The notes beneath the pieces are model-generated. The model ran no database searches, was not told the origin of the DNA, and worked only from the letters and a program-made list of their open reading frames with translations. From the NCBI GenBank assembly GCA_963836075.1, contig CAWIIB010000001.1, positions 384,001 to 448,000 on the forward strand: DNA of 64,000 nucleotides, read 5' to 3'. Shown in pieces: positions 27,518 to 36,181 of this stretch; within the stretch, counting starts at the first letter, position 1, and every line of letters begins with the position of its first letter. Source of the stretch: an uncultured Acidobacteriota bacterium. GTDB taxonomy: Bacteria > Acidobacteriota > JAQAZP01. A program made the translations under genes and the position numbers.

Positions 27518-28309
27518 TTGGAATTGAAACAGGCAGCATTCTCCCGGTCCAGACGATCCGTCCAGCTTCTCACGATGCTCGTCCTCGTCCTGCTGCTCCT
27601 GCATCCCGGATGCGGTGAACCGGAGCCCGGCGGGCCGGGCCGCACCGCCGGCAGCCGGGCCGGCCTGGACGATGCCGGTGAGCTGCCGCCCCCCCGGATC
27701 GAGTTCGATTCCCTGGAGCACGATTTCGGTGACATCGAAGATGATCAGCCGGTGAGCCACCGCTTCACCTTCCACAACCGCGGCAACTCCCTGCTCTTCA
27801 TCCGCAACATCCAGCCCTCCTGAGGCTGCACGGCGGCCGTGGTCACGGCCCGCAGCCTCTCCCCCGGCGAGCAGGGTTCGCTGGAGATCACTTTCGACGG
27901 CAAAAAGAGGAGCGGCCGGCAGGAGAAGACCGTGCGGGTGAGCAGCAATGACCCGGGACAGGAAACCGTGGTGCTCACCATCAGGGCCTACATCCACCGG
28001 GCGCTGATCCTCAAGCCGGAAATTGCCCGGGTGGGGCCCCTGGGGCCCGATGAAGAACGGGTGGTCCGGCTGGAACTGCTGATCGAGGATCCGGCAAACG
28101 TAACGGTCAGCCGGATCAGTTCCAGCGCACCCTGGGTCGGCGGCCGCATCGTGGACGACCCGCAGAACGAGGGGGGCATGATCCTCGAGGTGAAAGTCGC
28201 TGCCGGGCGGCCGCCGGGGAAGTTTCAGGAGACCCTCACCCTGCACACCACCAGCCCGGAGATGCCGAAAATCGATATCCCGGTCACCGGCATGGTGCTG
28301 GACAAGTGA
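27518..28309 (+). CDS. DUF1573-type Ig-like lipoprotein; predicted selenoprotein (Sec at TGA 27821-27823)
   Basis: Track ORFs 27329..27823 and 27839..28309 are in the same frame. Reading through gives HDFG...HRFTFHNRGNSLLFIRNIQPS-U-GCTAAVV...LSPGEQGSLEITFD...KTVRVSSNDP, the DUF1573 xSCGCT motif with its first Cys as TGA. Lipobox-like LHPGC. Start (TTG 27518 or 27524) uncertain. Confidence 0.85.
27822..27859 (+). promoter_or_regulatory. Bacterial SECIS-like stem-loop
   Basis: GAGGCTGC (27822-29) pairs with GCAGCCTC (27852-59); GGCCGT (27835-40) pairs with ACGGCC (27845-50); apical loop GGTC begins 17 nt after the UGA. Confidence 0.78.
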
Positions 28310-28319
28310 TCTTCCCCGA

Positions 28320-28895
28320 TCAGTCGAAGTCAGTTTTGACGTACAGCGGGTAGAAGGGATACCGGGCGGCCAGCTTCTCACCGCCGCCGGCCTGGCGGTC
28401 GACGATGCAGATCACCCCCAGCACCTGGAGCCCGGCGCCCTCGATCTTCTCCAGGGCCCTGAAAATGGCCCCGCCGGTGGTGACCACGTCTTCCACGATG
28501 ACCACGCCGGCTCCCTCCGGGGGAGCGTTCTCGATGTCCAGGTTTGTGCCGTGTTTCTTCGGCTCCTTGCGGACGATGAAGGCCTGCACCGGGTCTCGCG
28601 GCAGTTGTTCGCTGCGCATGGCCGCGGTGGCCGCGATGGGATCGGCGCCCAGGGTGGGTCCGCCGATGGCCGCCACCGGCGTACCGGCGGACTCGATCTC
28701 CCCGAGGATATCCATGATGGCGTCGGCAATGAGCAGGCTGCCCCGCGGGTGGAGGGTGATGTTGCGGCAGTCAAAATAGTAGTCCGAGACCTGCCCCGAA
28801 CTGAGCACGAAACGGCCCTTGAGAAAGCAGCGTTCGGAGATGATCTGACGCAGTTCCCGCCACCCCTCTGTTTCGCGATACCGAGCTTCACTCAT
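28320..28895 (-). CDS. pyrE: Orotate phosphoribosyltransferase
   Basis: FVLSSGQVSDYYFDCR, GGPTLGADPI, VRKEPKKHG, VEDVVTTGG, VDRQAGG. Confidence 0.94.
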   Translation of the reverse strand: MSEARYRETEGWRELRQIISERCFLKGRFVLSSGQVSDYYFDCRNITLHPRGSLLIADAIMDILGEIESAGTPVAAIGGPTLGADPIAATAAMRSEQLPRDPVQAFIVRKEPKKHGTNLDIENAPPEGAGVVIVEDVVTTGGAIFRALEKIEGAGLQVLGVICIVDRQAGGGEKLAARYPFYPLYVKTDFD

Positions 28896-28946
28896 CCGAC
28901 GGACCTCCTTCCGCGCGGCGGGCCCTTCCGGGTAACCAGCCGCGAC

Positions 28947-29438
28947 TCAGCTGCAGGACAGATTGAAAAAAAAGAAGACGATGATAATCAGGACGATAAG
29001 CAGCTTGATGAATACCCCGCCAAGGAAGCCCACCAGGGTGCCCACTCCGGCCACCGTTGCCGGACCGGCTTCCCGCCCGCCGATCATCTCACCGGCCAGG
29101 GCCCCGATGAGCGGGCCGAAGATGATCCCCAGCGGACCGAAGAAGAACCCGGCCAGCAGGCCGGCCACCGCCCCCCAGATGCCCCATCTGGTGGCGCCGA
29201 ACTTCTTGGCCCCGTACACCCCGGCCAGGTTGTCCAGCAGCGAGCCGGCCACGGCCAGCACGCCCAGCAGCGCCACCGCCCAGGGGGAAAAGTGCTGGAA
29301 GCCGTCCACCGCGGCGTAGATCAACAGTCCGCAAAAGGCGATGATCAGCCCGGGGATCACCGGCAGAAAGACTCCGGCCAGTCCCACCAGGAACAGCAGG
29401 ATGGTAACCGCCAGCGTCGCCACTTCTACCCAGCCCAT
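28947..29438 (-). CDS. DUF456-family membrane protein
   Basis: LPVIPG, GAKKFGATRWG, GIIFGPLIGALAGE. Confidence 0.85.
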   Translation of the reverse strand: MGWVEVATLAVTILLFLVGLAGVFLPVIPGLIIAFCGLLIYAAVDGFQHFSPWAVALLGVLAVAGSLLDNLAGVYGAKKFGATRWGIWGAVAGLLAGFFFGPLGIIFGPLIGALAGEMIGGREAGPATVAGVGTLVGFLGGVFIKLLIVLIIIVFFFFNLSCS

Positions 29439-29482
29439 GACCTGTCTCCCTCCGCAAAAAATTCGCCGGCATCATATCATGA

Positions 29483-31570
29483 TCAACGCCCGCCGTCCCC
29501 CACCGACGGCAGGGGCCGCCGCAGGAACTCCCTGATGGCCTCGATCTCGGGGTTCGGCGGCTCCCCTGATTCGCCCCACCCGGCAAGGTAGGCCGTGAAG
29601 TCGTCCCGGGCGCCAGACGGGTCGCCCAGCAGCTGCAGCCGCAGCAGGCCCCGGTTGCGGTGGATGCCGTAATTTTCCGGGTCGTGGCGCAGGGCCCGGT
29701 TGAAAGCGCTAAGCGCCTCGTTGACCCGTCCCCCGGAGGCCAGGATCACCCCCAGGCGGTTGGCCGCGTCGGAGAATTTGTGGGCCGCCGCCAGCTGGTA
29801 GGGATGCGGCGTCAGGGACCGCTGACCCGCAGCCCGGTAAAAGAAAGGGTATTCCGCAGCGTAAGGCTTTTGCACGGCGGGCCGGCCGGCGGTGGCCACC
29901 CGGTAGGAGAGGCCCCGGTATTCCAGGGGGTATATCCCGGCCCAGCTTTCCTTCATGGTGGTGTCGTCCCGCATGTGCAGGTAGACCGGCCGCCGGGGCA
30001 GGTTGGCCTCGATGATCAGCCGCTTGACCTCGATCAGCACCTGTTCCTTCTGCAGGCCGTGATCGAGGCCCCGCACACGGCCGCCCTCCCTCTGCCAGTC
30101 CCGCCGGGCCGCCTCCAGGGCCGCCCGGGGCACCACCACTCCCGGCGAAACCCGCGGGAGCTGTTCCAGATACCAGGGAAAGGGAAAGAGGTAGTCGAGC
30201 ACCACGTCATACTGCTGGTATTCGTCCCGCACCAGCGACCCGTAGAGATAGGCCGAATAGACGTTGAAATCGCCGACGATGACCAGCGCCCCCGGCTCGG
30301 CGGAGCGAAGCACCGCCGCGGTGTACTGCTCCAGGGAGCGGTCGGTGCGGCGGTCCGCACTGTTGAAGGAAGCCGTCCCCTGGATGATCAGCAGCAGCGC
30401 CAGTAGTGTGCCGGCCACAGCGGCCGCCACCCGCGATATCCGGCCGCCCCGCCCCGAGGCCAGCCGCCGCACACCGCGGAGCAGCCAGCCGCTGCCCAAT
30501 CCGATCCAGAGTGCCAGGATGACGTAGACCGGCAGGAAGTAGGCCTCCTTGTCCTCGATGCGGTAGTTCACCGCATGGACGGTCACCAGCACCACGTAGA
30601 GGGTACTGGCGGCGGCCCAGACCCGCTGCCGCGCACTGCCCCAGCTCCAGACCAACCCGGGCACGGCCAGGGCCAGCAGCCAGGGGGAGAACTGCCCCGG
30701 CAACCGGCCCAGCAGCAGACGCAGCTCACCCGCCGCATACCCCGAACCGGATGAAAACATCAGGTAGCGGAACTGCGAGCCGGAGACCAGCCAGCGGAAC
30801 CCTTCCCAAGTCTCGGGGTTGCCGTAATCGGGCCACGGGTCGGCCAGCGAACGCAGCGGCAGGTAGAGATAGGGCAACAGGCCCAGGGCCAGGCATCCCG
30901 CGGCTTTGAGCCAGGCCGATGCTCCCGGGCTGCCCTGGCTGCGGAGTCCGGCCAGCAGCAGCAGGGCCGCCGGCGGGATGAGCAGCACCGATGTCATGTG
31001 GTTGCAGAGGGCCAGTCCAATGAGCAGGGCCAGCAGGCAGAGCGTCCGGGTCCCCGGCTGCTGTTGGAAGCGCACCGCGGTTAGCAGGACAAGGGTGAGC
31101 AGCAGTACGTGGAGGGTGTAGACCTCGGCGATGGAACTCTGCAGCCACATCTCGCCGGCCAGCCCCAGGGCCAGCGCGCCGATGAGGGCCGCCGGGCGGC
31201 CGGAACCGAGACGGCGCTGCAGGAAATAGAGGGCCAGGCAGGCAGCCGCCCCGAACAGCGCGGAGAGCAGGTTGGCGGCCAGGGCAGGCTCCCAGCCGGG
31301 CAACGGCAGGCCGGCGAAGAGAGATGCCGCCATGGACCAGAGCGGGTAGCCGGTGGGATGCGCCACCCCGGCCGACCGGGCCACCAGGGCCAGCTCGGTG
31401 GAGTCCCCCCAGTAGGGCCAGCGGCAGAACGTGACGGCATAGAGCGCCAGCGGCAGCAGCAGGGCGCCGGCCGGCCAGAACAGCACGGCGCCGTACCACG
31501 ACTGCCGCTGTGTGGCATCCGCCGGCTTCACATCGTTCAGCGGTTCCTTTTTTCTCTTCCTGGCAGGCAT
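29483..31570 (-). CDS. DUF2723/TMEM260-like GT-C glycosyltransferase with C-terminal TPR
   Basis: GDSTELAL...GVAHPTGYPLW, AEVYTL, LCNH, YLYLPLRS, GNPETWEGF; many TM segments; C-terminal NRLG...ALRHDP TPR. Confidence 0.82.
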   Translation of the reverse strand: MPARKRKKEPLNDVKPADATQRQSWYGAVLFWPAGALLLPLALYAVTFCRWPYWGDSTELALVARSAGVAHPTGYPLWSMAASLFAGLPLPGWEPALAANLLSALFGAAACLALYFLQRRLGSGRPAALIGALALGLAGEMWLQSSIAEVYTLHVLLLTLVLLTAVRFQQQPGTRTLCLLALLIGLALCNHMTSVLLIPPAALLLLAGLRSQGSPGASAWLKAAGCLALGLLPYLYLPLRSLADPWPDYGNPETWEGFRWLVSGSQFRYLMFSSGSGYAAGELRLLLGRLPGQFSPWLLALAVPGLVWSWGSARQRVWAAASTLYVVLVTVHAVNYRIEDKEAYFLPVYVILALWIGLGSGWLLRGVRRLASGRGGRISRVAAAVAGTLLALLLIIQGTASFNSADRRTDRSLEQYTAAVLRSAEPGALVIVGDFNVYSAYLYGSLVRDEYQQYDVVLDYLFPFPWYLEQLPRVSPGVVVPRAALEAARRDWQREGGRVRGLDHGLQKEQVLIEVKRLIIEANLPRRPVYLHMRDDTTMKESWAGIYPLEYRGLSYRVATAGRPAVQKPYAAEYPFFYRAAGQRSLTPHPYQLAAAHKFSDAANRLGVILASGGRVNEALSAFNRALRHDPENYGIHRNRGLLRLQLLGDPSGARDDFTAYLAGWGESGEPPNPEIEAIREFLRRPLPSVGDGGR

Positions 31571-31697
31571 GGGCCAAAATACCCGGTTTATCGGGTGAAA
31601 TCAACAAACCGGCCCTCGCGGGCCATTGAGCCGCAAGCGGACCCCCGTTATACTCTCCGCAGGGTGGTTTCCCGCCGTCTGATTCCGCGAGGCATTG

Positions 31698-32219
31698 ATG
31701 ATCAGCACGATCAGGAAAACAGAACGGGACGGCGCAGGTTGGCTCAGTCTGCTGTTCTCTTTGCTGGTCACAGGCTCCCTGCTCTGCGCCGGCTGCTCTG
31801 CTCCCGCCCCGGTGCCCCCGGCGGATGATGTGGACCAGGCGATAACCGCGGACAGCACGGCCGGGCAGCCGGTGAGTGAGGTGGCGGCCGCCACCACCCC
31901 CCGCCTGACCCTGCCCGACGATTTTCCCGCCGAGGTGCCGCTGCTGCCCCGCCGCCGGATCCACTGCTTCAACCGCCGGGACAACGGTTCCCTCTCCCTG
32001 ACCTGCTCCGTCCCCGAGGACCGCCGTTCCGCGGTGGCCTTCTACCGCCAGGCGCTGGCCGACGGCGGCTGGGAGGTGACCCTGGACAGCATGAGCGGAG
32101 GAATGAACAGCATCTCCGCCCGCCGTGAGGACGGCAGCCGGTTGACGGTGAACGTCATCGTGAACCGCGAGGAACAGCGCACCATGATCGGGCTCTTTCA
32201 CCGGCCGGCCCGGGACTGA
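31698..32219 (+). CDS. Hypothetical lipoprotein
   Basis: Lipobox LCAGC; LPDDFPAEVPL, FYRQALADGGW. Confidence 0.7.
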   Translation: MISTIRKTERDGAGWLSLLFSLLVTGSLLCAGCSAPAPVPPADDVDQAITADSTAGQPVSEVAAATTPRLTLPDDFPAEVPLLPRRRIHCFNRRDNGSLSLTCSVPEDRRSAVAFYRQALADGGWEVTLDSMSGGMNSISARREDGSRLTVNVIVNREEQRTMIGLFHRPARD

Positions 32220-32239
32220 ACCCACCAGGATCCGAAGGC

Positions 32240-32287
32240 AAAAAAAGGCTGCCAACGGCGCTCAGGTCCGTTGTGCAGCCTTTTTTT
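32240..32287. terminator. Bidirectional intrinsic terminator between convergent genes
   Basis: A-tract-GGCTGC-CAACGG...CCGTTG-GCAGCC-T-tract. Confidence 0.75.
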
Positions 32288-32307
32288 CATCCGGTGGAAC
32301 CTTGGCC

Positions 32308-33396
32308 CTAGTTCGCGGCCTTGAACTCCTTCATCAAGGCCACCAGACGCTCCACACCCTCCCGGGGCATGGCGTTGTAGATCGAGGCACGGATACCGCC
32401 CACCGAGCGGTGGCCCTTGAGGCCGTGCAGGCCCTTCTCCCCTGCTTCGGCGATGAACTTCATCTCCAGTTCCTCCGAGGGCAGACGCATGGTGACGTTC
32501 ATCCAGGAGCGGTCGTCCTTGTTCACCACGGCGCCGCGGAAATAGCCGTCACTGCCGTCGATGGCGTCATAGAGCAGGGCCGCCTTGTCCCGGTTCATCT
32601 GCTCAACGGCTTTTAGTCCGCCCAGGGATTTGACCCACTCCAGCATCTGCTCGACCATGTAGATCGGGCCGGAGGGCGGCGTGTTGAACATGCTGTCCTT
32701 TTCCACGTGGGTCTTGTAACTGAACATGGTGGGCACGTCGTCGGCGGCCATCTCCAGCATGTCGTCGCGGAGGATGATCACGGTGACCCCGGCCGGGCCG
32801 AGGTTCTTCTGCGCCCCGGCGTAGATCATGGCGAACTTCGACACGTCCAGCTCGTGGGACAGGATGTCCGAGGACATGTCGCTGATCAGGGGCACGTTGC
32901 CCGTCTCGGGGAAGGTGCGGAACTGGGTGCCGAAAATGGTGTTGTTGGAGGTGATGTGCAGGTAGCGGGCATTGCCGTCCAGCTTCAGGTCGGCCAGGGC
33001 CGGAAGGTGGTTGAAGTTGTCGCCGGACGTGTCGCCGGCCACGTTGACCCCGCCGAAGCGCTTGGCCTCGGCAATGGCTTTCTTGGACCAGGTTCCGGTG
33101 TTGATGTAGTCCGCCGATCCGTCCCGGGTGAGGAAGTTCATCGGAATCATGGCAAACTGGGTGCTGGCGCCGCCGCCCATGAAGAGAACCTTGTAGTTGT
33201 CGGGGATACTCATCAGCTCCCTGAGCAGGTCCTGGGCGTGCTGGTGGATCTCCATGAACTCCGGTGAGCGGTGGCTGATCTCCAGGAAGGACATGCCGCA
33301 TCCCTGGTAGTCCACCACGTTGTCGCGGATCTTTTCCAGGACCGGCAGGGGCAGGGTTGACGGGCCCGGGTTGAAGTTGACTTTCCGTTCAGCCAT
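32308..33396 (-). CDS. serC: Phosphoserine aminotransferase
   Basis: NFNPGPS, EISHRS, GGASTQF, DMSSD, YAGAQKNLGPAG, KGHRSVGGIRASIYNA. Confidence 0.96.
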   Translation of the reverse strand: MAERKVNFNPGPSTLPLPVLEKIRDNVVDYQGCGMSFLEISHRSPEFMEIHQHAQDLLRELMSIPDNYKVLFMGGGASTQFAMIPMNFLTRDGSADYINTGTWSKKAIAEAKRFGGVNVAGDTSGDNFNHLPALADLKLDGNARYLHITSNNTIFGTQFRTFPETGNVPLISDMSSDILSHELDVSKFAMIYAGAQKNLGPAGVTVIILRDDMLEMAADDVPTMFSYKTHVEKDSMFNTPPSGPIYMVEQMLEWVKSLGGLKAVEQMNRDKAALLYDAIDGSDGYFRGAVVNKDDRSWMNVTMRLPSEELEMKFIAEAGEKGLHGLKGHRSVGGIRASIYNAMPREGVERLVALMKEFKAAN

Positions 33397-33547
33397 GGTC
33401 TGATTCCTCCGCTAGACGCGTAAAATATCGACGCCCGCACGGGACATTCCCGGGCCGGCGATGGAAACCGCAATTCGGCAGGGCATGGTTTACCACATTT
33501 GCCCGCACGAATCCAGCGGGAATATCGGGTTCGGAAAAGGGATCGGC

Positions 33548-35206
33548 TCAGAAATTTGCCGGGAACCGGGAGCCGAAATAGCCGGAGAGCAGCGCCAGGT
33601 CGACGCCGTCCACCACGCCGTCCCCGTTGAGGTCCAGGTCGGGGTCCCAGCGTTCGGCCCCGGGCGACCCGCCAAAACCGTGACCCAGCCGGGCCAGGTC
33701 AATGCCGTCCACCCGGCCGCTGCCGTCGGTATCGGCCCCGCGGGGATCGAGGATCGCCCGTACCACGTCAGGGATCCCGTAACCGAAGGAGTTGTCCGGG
33801 TTGTTGTAGTGGCACCCCGAGAAGCAGAGGGCCTCGCGGACCTTGAGCGGGGTCCAGTCGGGGTGGGCTTCGATGACCAGGGCGGCCAGGGCGCCGATCA
33901 GGGGGGTGGAGAGCGAGGTGCCGTTGGCGTAGCCGTAGGTGTCCACGCCGGCGCTGCTGGCCCAGCGGGTGGCCACCCCCATGGCCGACAGTTCCGGTTT
34001 GCGGCGTCCGTCGCCGGTGGGCCCCCGGGAGCTGAAGCCGGCAATGTTCTCATCAGCGTCCACCGCTCCGCAGGAGAGGATTCTCAGTGCGTCGGCCGGG
34101 GCGTTGAGCGTGCCGCTGGACGGCCCCTCGTTGCCCATGGCGTTGGCCACCACGATACCGCGATCGGTGGCCAGGTTGGCCGCCACGGTGGTCACCGCGG
34201 TGCGCCCGTTGAGCTGGGCATAGGAGTATTCCGAGCCGTCATCGAAATAGCGGTAGGCCAGCGAACTGCTGATCACGTCGGCTCCCAGCGAGTCGGCCCA
34301 CTCCATGCCGGCCACCCAGTTGTCCTCCTCCACCTGGGTCTCCGAACGCACGTCCTCGGTCTTGGCCAGCACGTAGGCGGCCCCGTAGGCCGGACCGATC
34401 AGCTGGCCGGGCACGAAAGCGCCGATCACCGCCACCACTCCGGTGCCGTGCCGGTGCTGGCCCGGGTCGTCGCCTTCCTCGTTGCTGGTGTTGCCGTCGC
34501 CGAAGATAAAGTCATGCTGGGCCACGATGTTCATGCTCTGCAGGGCCTGGTGCCCGGTGCGAAAACCGGTGTCCATGCAGCAGACGGTCACTCCGCTGCC
34601 GCTGTAACCCATGTCGTGGGCCTCGGGCACCCGCAGCATCAGCAGCTGGGTCAGGGAGGGGCCGTAGTCAAAACGGTAGGACTGGCCGGTGGATGAGGTC
34701 CCGCTGGAAGCCGGCGGCGGCGCGGAAACCGCCGGAACCGACTCCACCCGGGTCATGGGGCGCACCGGCTCCAGCCGCTGTACCATGGCCAGGCGGCTCA
34801 CCGTCTCCAGCTCTTCTGGTGTGAGAAAAATGGAGGCCGCGTTGAGCCAGCGCGAGGAGTGGCGCAACGTTGCGGATGCGTGGGACTGCAGGGCGTCGAG
34901 ATAGGGCTGGTATACCGGGAGGTCGTGCTGGTCCACCAGCCGGCCGGTGCGGCGGTAGAGGGGCGACCGCCGCTTGAGGCGCTCCAGCCGTTCCGCGGAA
35001 TAGCCGGCGGCCAGCCGCTGCAACGCGGTTTCGGCGTCCGGACCCTTGTCGGCGAAGCAGACCCAGTAGCAGGTCCCTGGAGTACCCTCCTGGTCACCGG
35101 CCGCCAGAGCCGTGGCTCCGGCCGGCAGCACCAGGACAAAACTCACCACCAGCACCGCCAGCAGTGACGGAAACGGCCATTCCCTGAAATCGGTTGAACT
35201 GCTCAT
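33548..35206 (-). CDS. Secreted S8 subtilisin-like serine protease with a C-terminal dockerin-like double EF-hand
   Basis: DTGF, HGTGV, AMGNEG, GTSLSTP catalytic motifs; C-terminal DTDGSGRVDGIDL...DLNGDGVVDGVDL. Confidence 0.9.
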   Translation of the reverse strand: MSSSTDFREWPFPSLLAVLVVSFVLVLPAGATALAAGDQEGTPGTCYWVCFADKGPDAETALQRLAAGYSAERLERLKRRSPLYRRTGRLVDQHDLPVYQPYLDALQSHASATLRHSSRWLNAASIFLTPEELETVSRLAMVQRLEPVRPMTRVESVPAVSAPPPASSGTSSTGQSYRFDYGPSLTQLLMLRVPEAHDMGYSGSGVTVCCMDTGFRTGHQALQSMNIVAQHDFIFGDGNTSNEEGDDPGQHRHGTGVVAVIGAFVPGQLIGPAYGAAYVLAKTEDVRSETQVEEDNWVAGMEWADSLGADVISSSLAYRYFDDGSEYSYAQLNGRTAVTTVAANLATDRGIVVANAMGNEGPSSGTLNAPADALRILSCGAVDADENIAGFSSRGPTGDGRRKPELSAMGVATRWASSAGVDTYGYANGTSLSTPLIGALAALVIEAHPDWTPLKVREALCFSGCHYNNPDNSFGYGIPDVVRAILDPRGADTDGSGRVDGIDLARLGHGFGGSPGAERWDPDLDLNGDGVVDGVDLALLSGYFGSRFPANF

Positions 35207-35255
35207 CGGCCTGCCTCCCGCAGTACGGCGTCCGGGACGCGGCAACCGGCGCTGG

Positions 35256-35351
35256 TCAGGCGGTCTTGTTCTTCGCCCGTTTTTTTCTCGCCTTGTGGGC
35301 CTGGCGAATACGCATCGCCGTCCGCTTCTTCTTGCTCTTGCTTCTGGGCAT
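35256..35351 (-). CDS. Small highly basic protein (31 aa)
   Basis: ATG 35351 after AGAGGT; MPRSKSKKKRTAMRIRQAHKARKKRAKNKTA*; sits alone in an otherwise empty gap and is below the ORF-track cut-off. Confidence 0.65.
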   Translation of the reverse strand: MPRSKSKKKRTAMRIRQAHKARKKRAKNKTA

Positions 35352-35470
35352 CTGTGCGGCACCTCTGTCTGTTGTCATGAAAAAGCGCAAGACCCTCAGT
35401 GGTCTTGCACCCGGAGCTTCCACCTACTATTGTAGATTTGACCGGCAGGACGGTCAAGGACAAGGATACC

Positions 35471-36181
35471 ATGGCGCGCAACGACCCGCACAGCCCATCC
35501 CGGCCCCCATCGCTGCAGATAGTGATCTGGCCCGCCCTGCTGCTGGCCGCAGGGACCCTCTCCTGCTGGATCTTTCACCTGGACCCGCTGATCTCCGGCC
35601 TCTTTTACAACGCCGGCGATTCAACATGGGTCGGCGACTCGCTGCCCGCGGTCCGCTTTCTCCAGTGGTACGGGGACTACCCCTCGGTGCTGCTGGGGAT
35701 GGCCGCGCTCTGGCTGGCGGTGGCCAGCCTGGGATCCGCGGACCTGAAGCCCTGGAGGCAGGCCGGCCTCTACCTGATGGTCAGCCTGGCCCTCTGCCAC
35801 ATCCTGGTCAACCCGGTGCTGAAGAAGCACTACAACCGGGCCCGGCCCAAAGAGACCGTTCTGTTCAACGGACAGCGCCCCTTCACCCCGGTGCTGGCGC
35901 TGCCCCGGGGGGACGAGAAGGGGCGCAGCTTTCCCAGCGGCCACGCCGCCGCCGGCTTTTCCTTCGTGGCCCTCTACTTCGCTTTCCGGGACCGCCGGCC
36001 GGCCCTGTCCCGCACCGGCCTGGCCCTGGGGCTGGCCCACGGCCTGGTCAACGGCGCGGGCCGACTGCTCCAGGGGGCGCACTTCCCCTCCGACGTGCTC
36101 TGGTCCTTTGGCGTGGTCTGGTTCGCCTGCTGGGGCCTCTACCGCTGGTGGTACCGCCCGTCCCTCACACCTCGAGAATGA
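35471..36181 (+). CDS. PAP2-family membrane phosphatase
   Basis: KKHYNRARP, SFPSGH, RLLQGAHFPSDV. Confidence 0.9.
   Translation: MARNDPHSPSRPPSLQIVIWPALLLAAGTLSCWIFHLDPLISGLFYNAGDSTWVGDSLPAVRFLQWYGDYPSVLLGMAALWLAVASLGSADLKPWRQAGLYLMVSLALCHILVNPVLKKHYNRARPKETVLFNGQRPFTPVLALPRGDEKGRSFPSGHAAAGFSFVALYFAFRDRRPALSRTGLALGLAHGLVNGAGRLLQGAHFPSDVLWSFGVVWFACWGLYRWWYRPSLTPRE

Noticed and set aside
27379-27520. tRNA-Leu as an integration site for a genomic island
   Set aside because: No integrase, no duplicated tRNA 3' end noticed, no compositional shift; the flanks are housekeeping genes.
27821-27823. Nonsense mutation (pseudogene) or genetic code 4/25 as the explanation for the in-frame TGA
   Set aside because: TGA serves as a normal stop for many genes here, Trp is encoded by TGG, the codon falls exactly on a conserved Cys position, and a SECIS-like hairpin follows. 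A pseudogene is not formally excluded.
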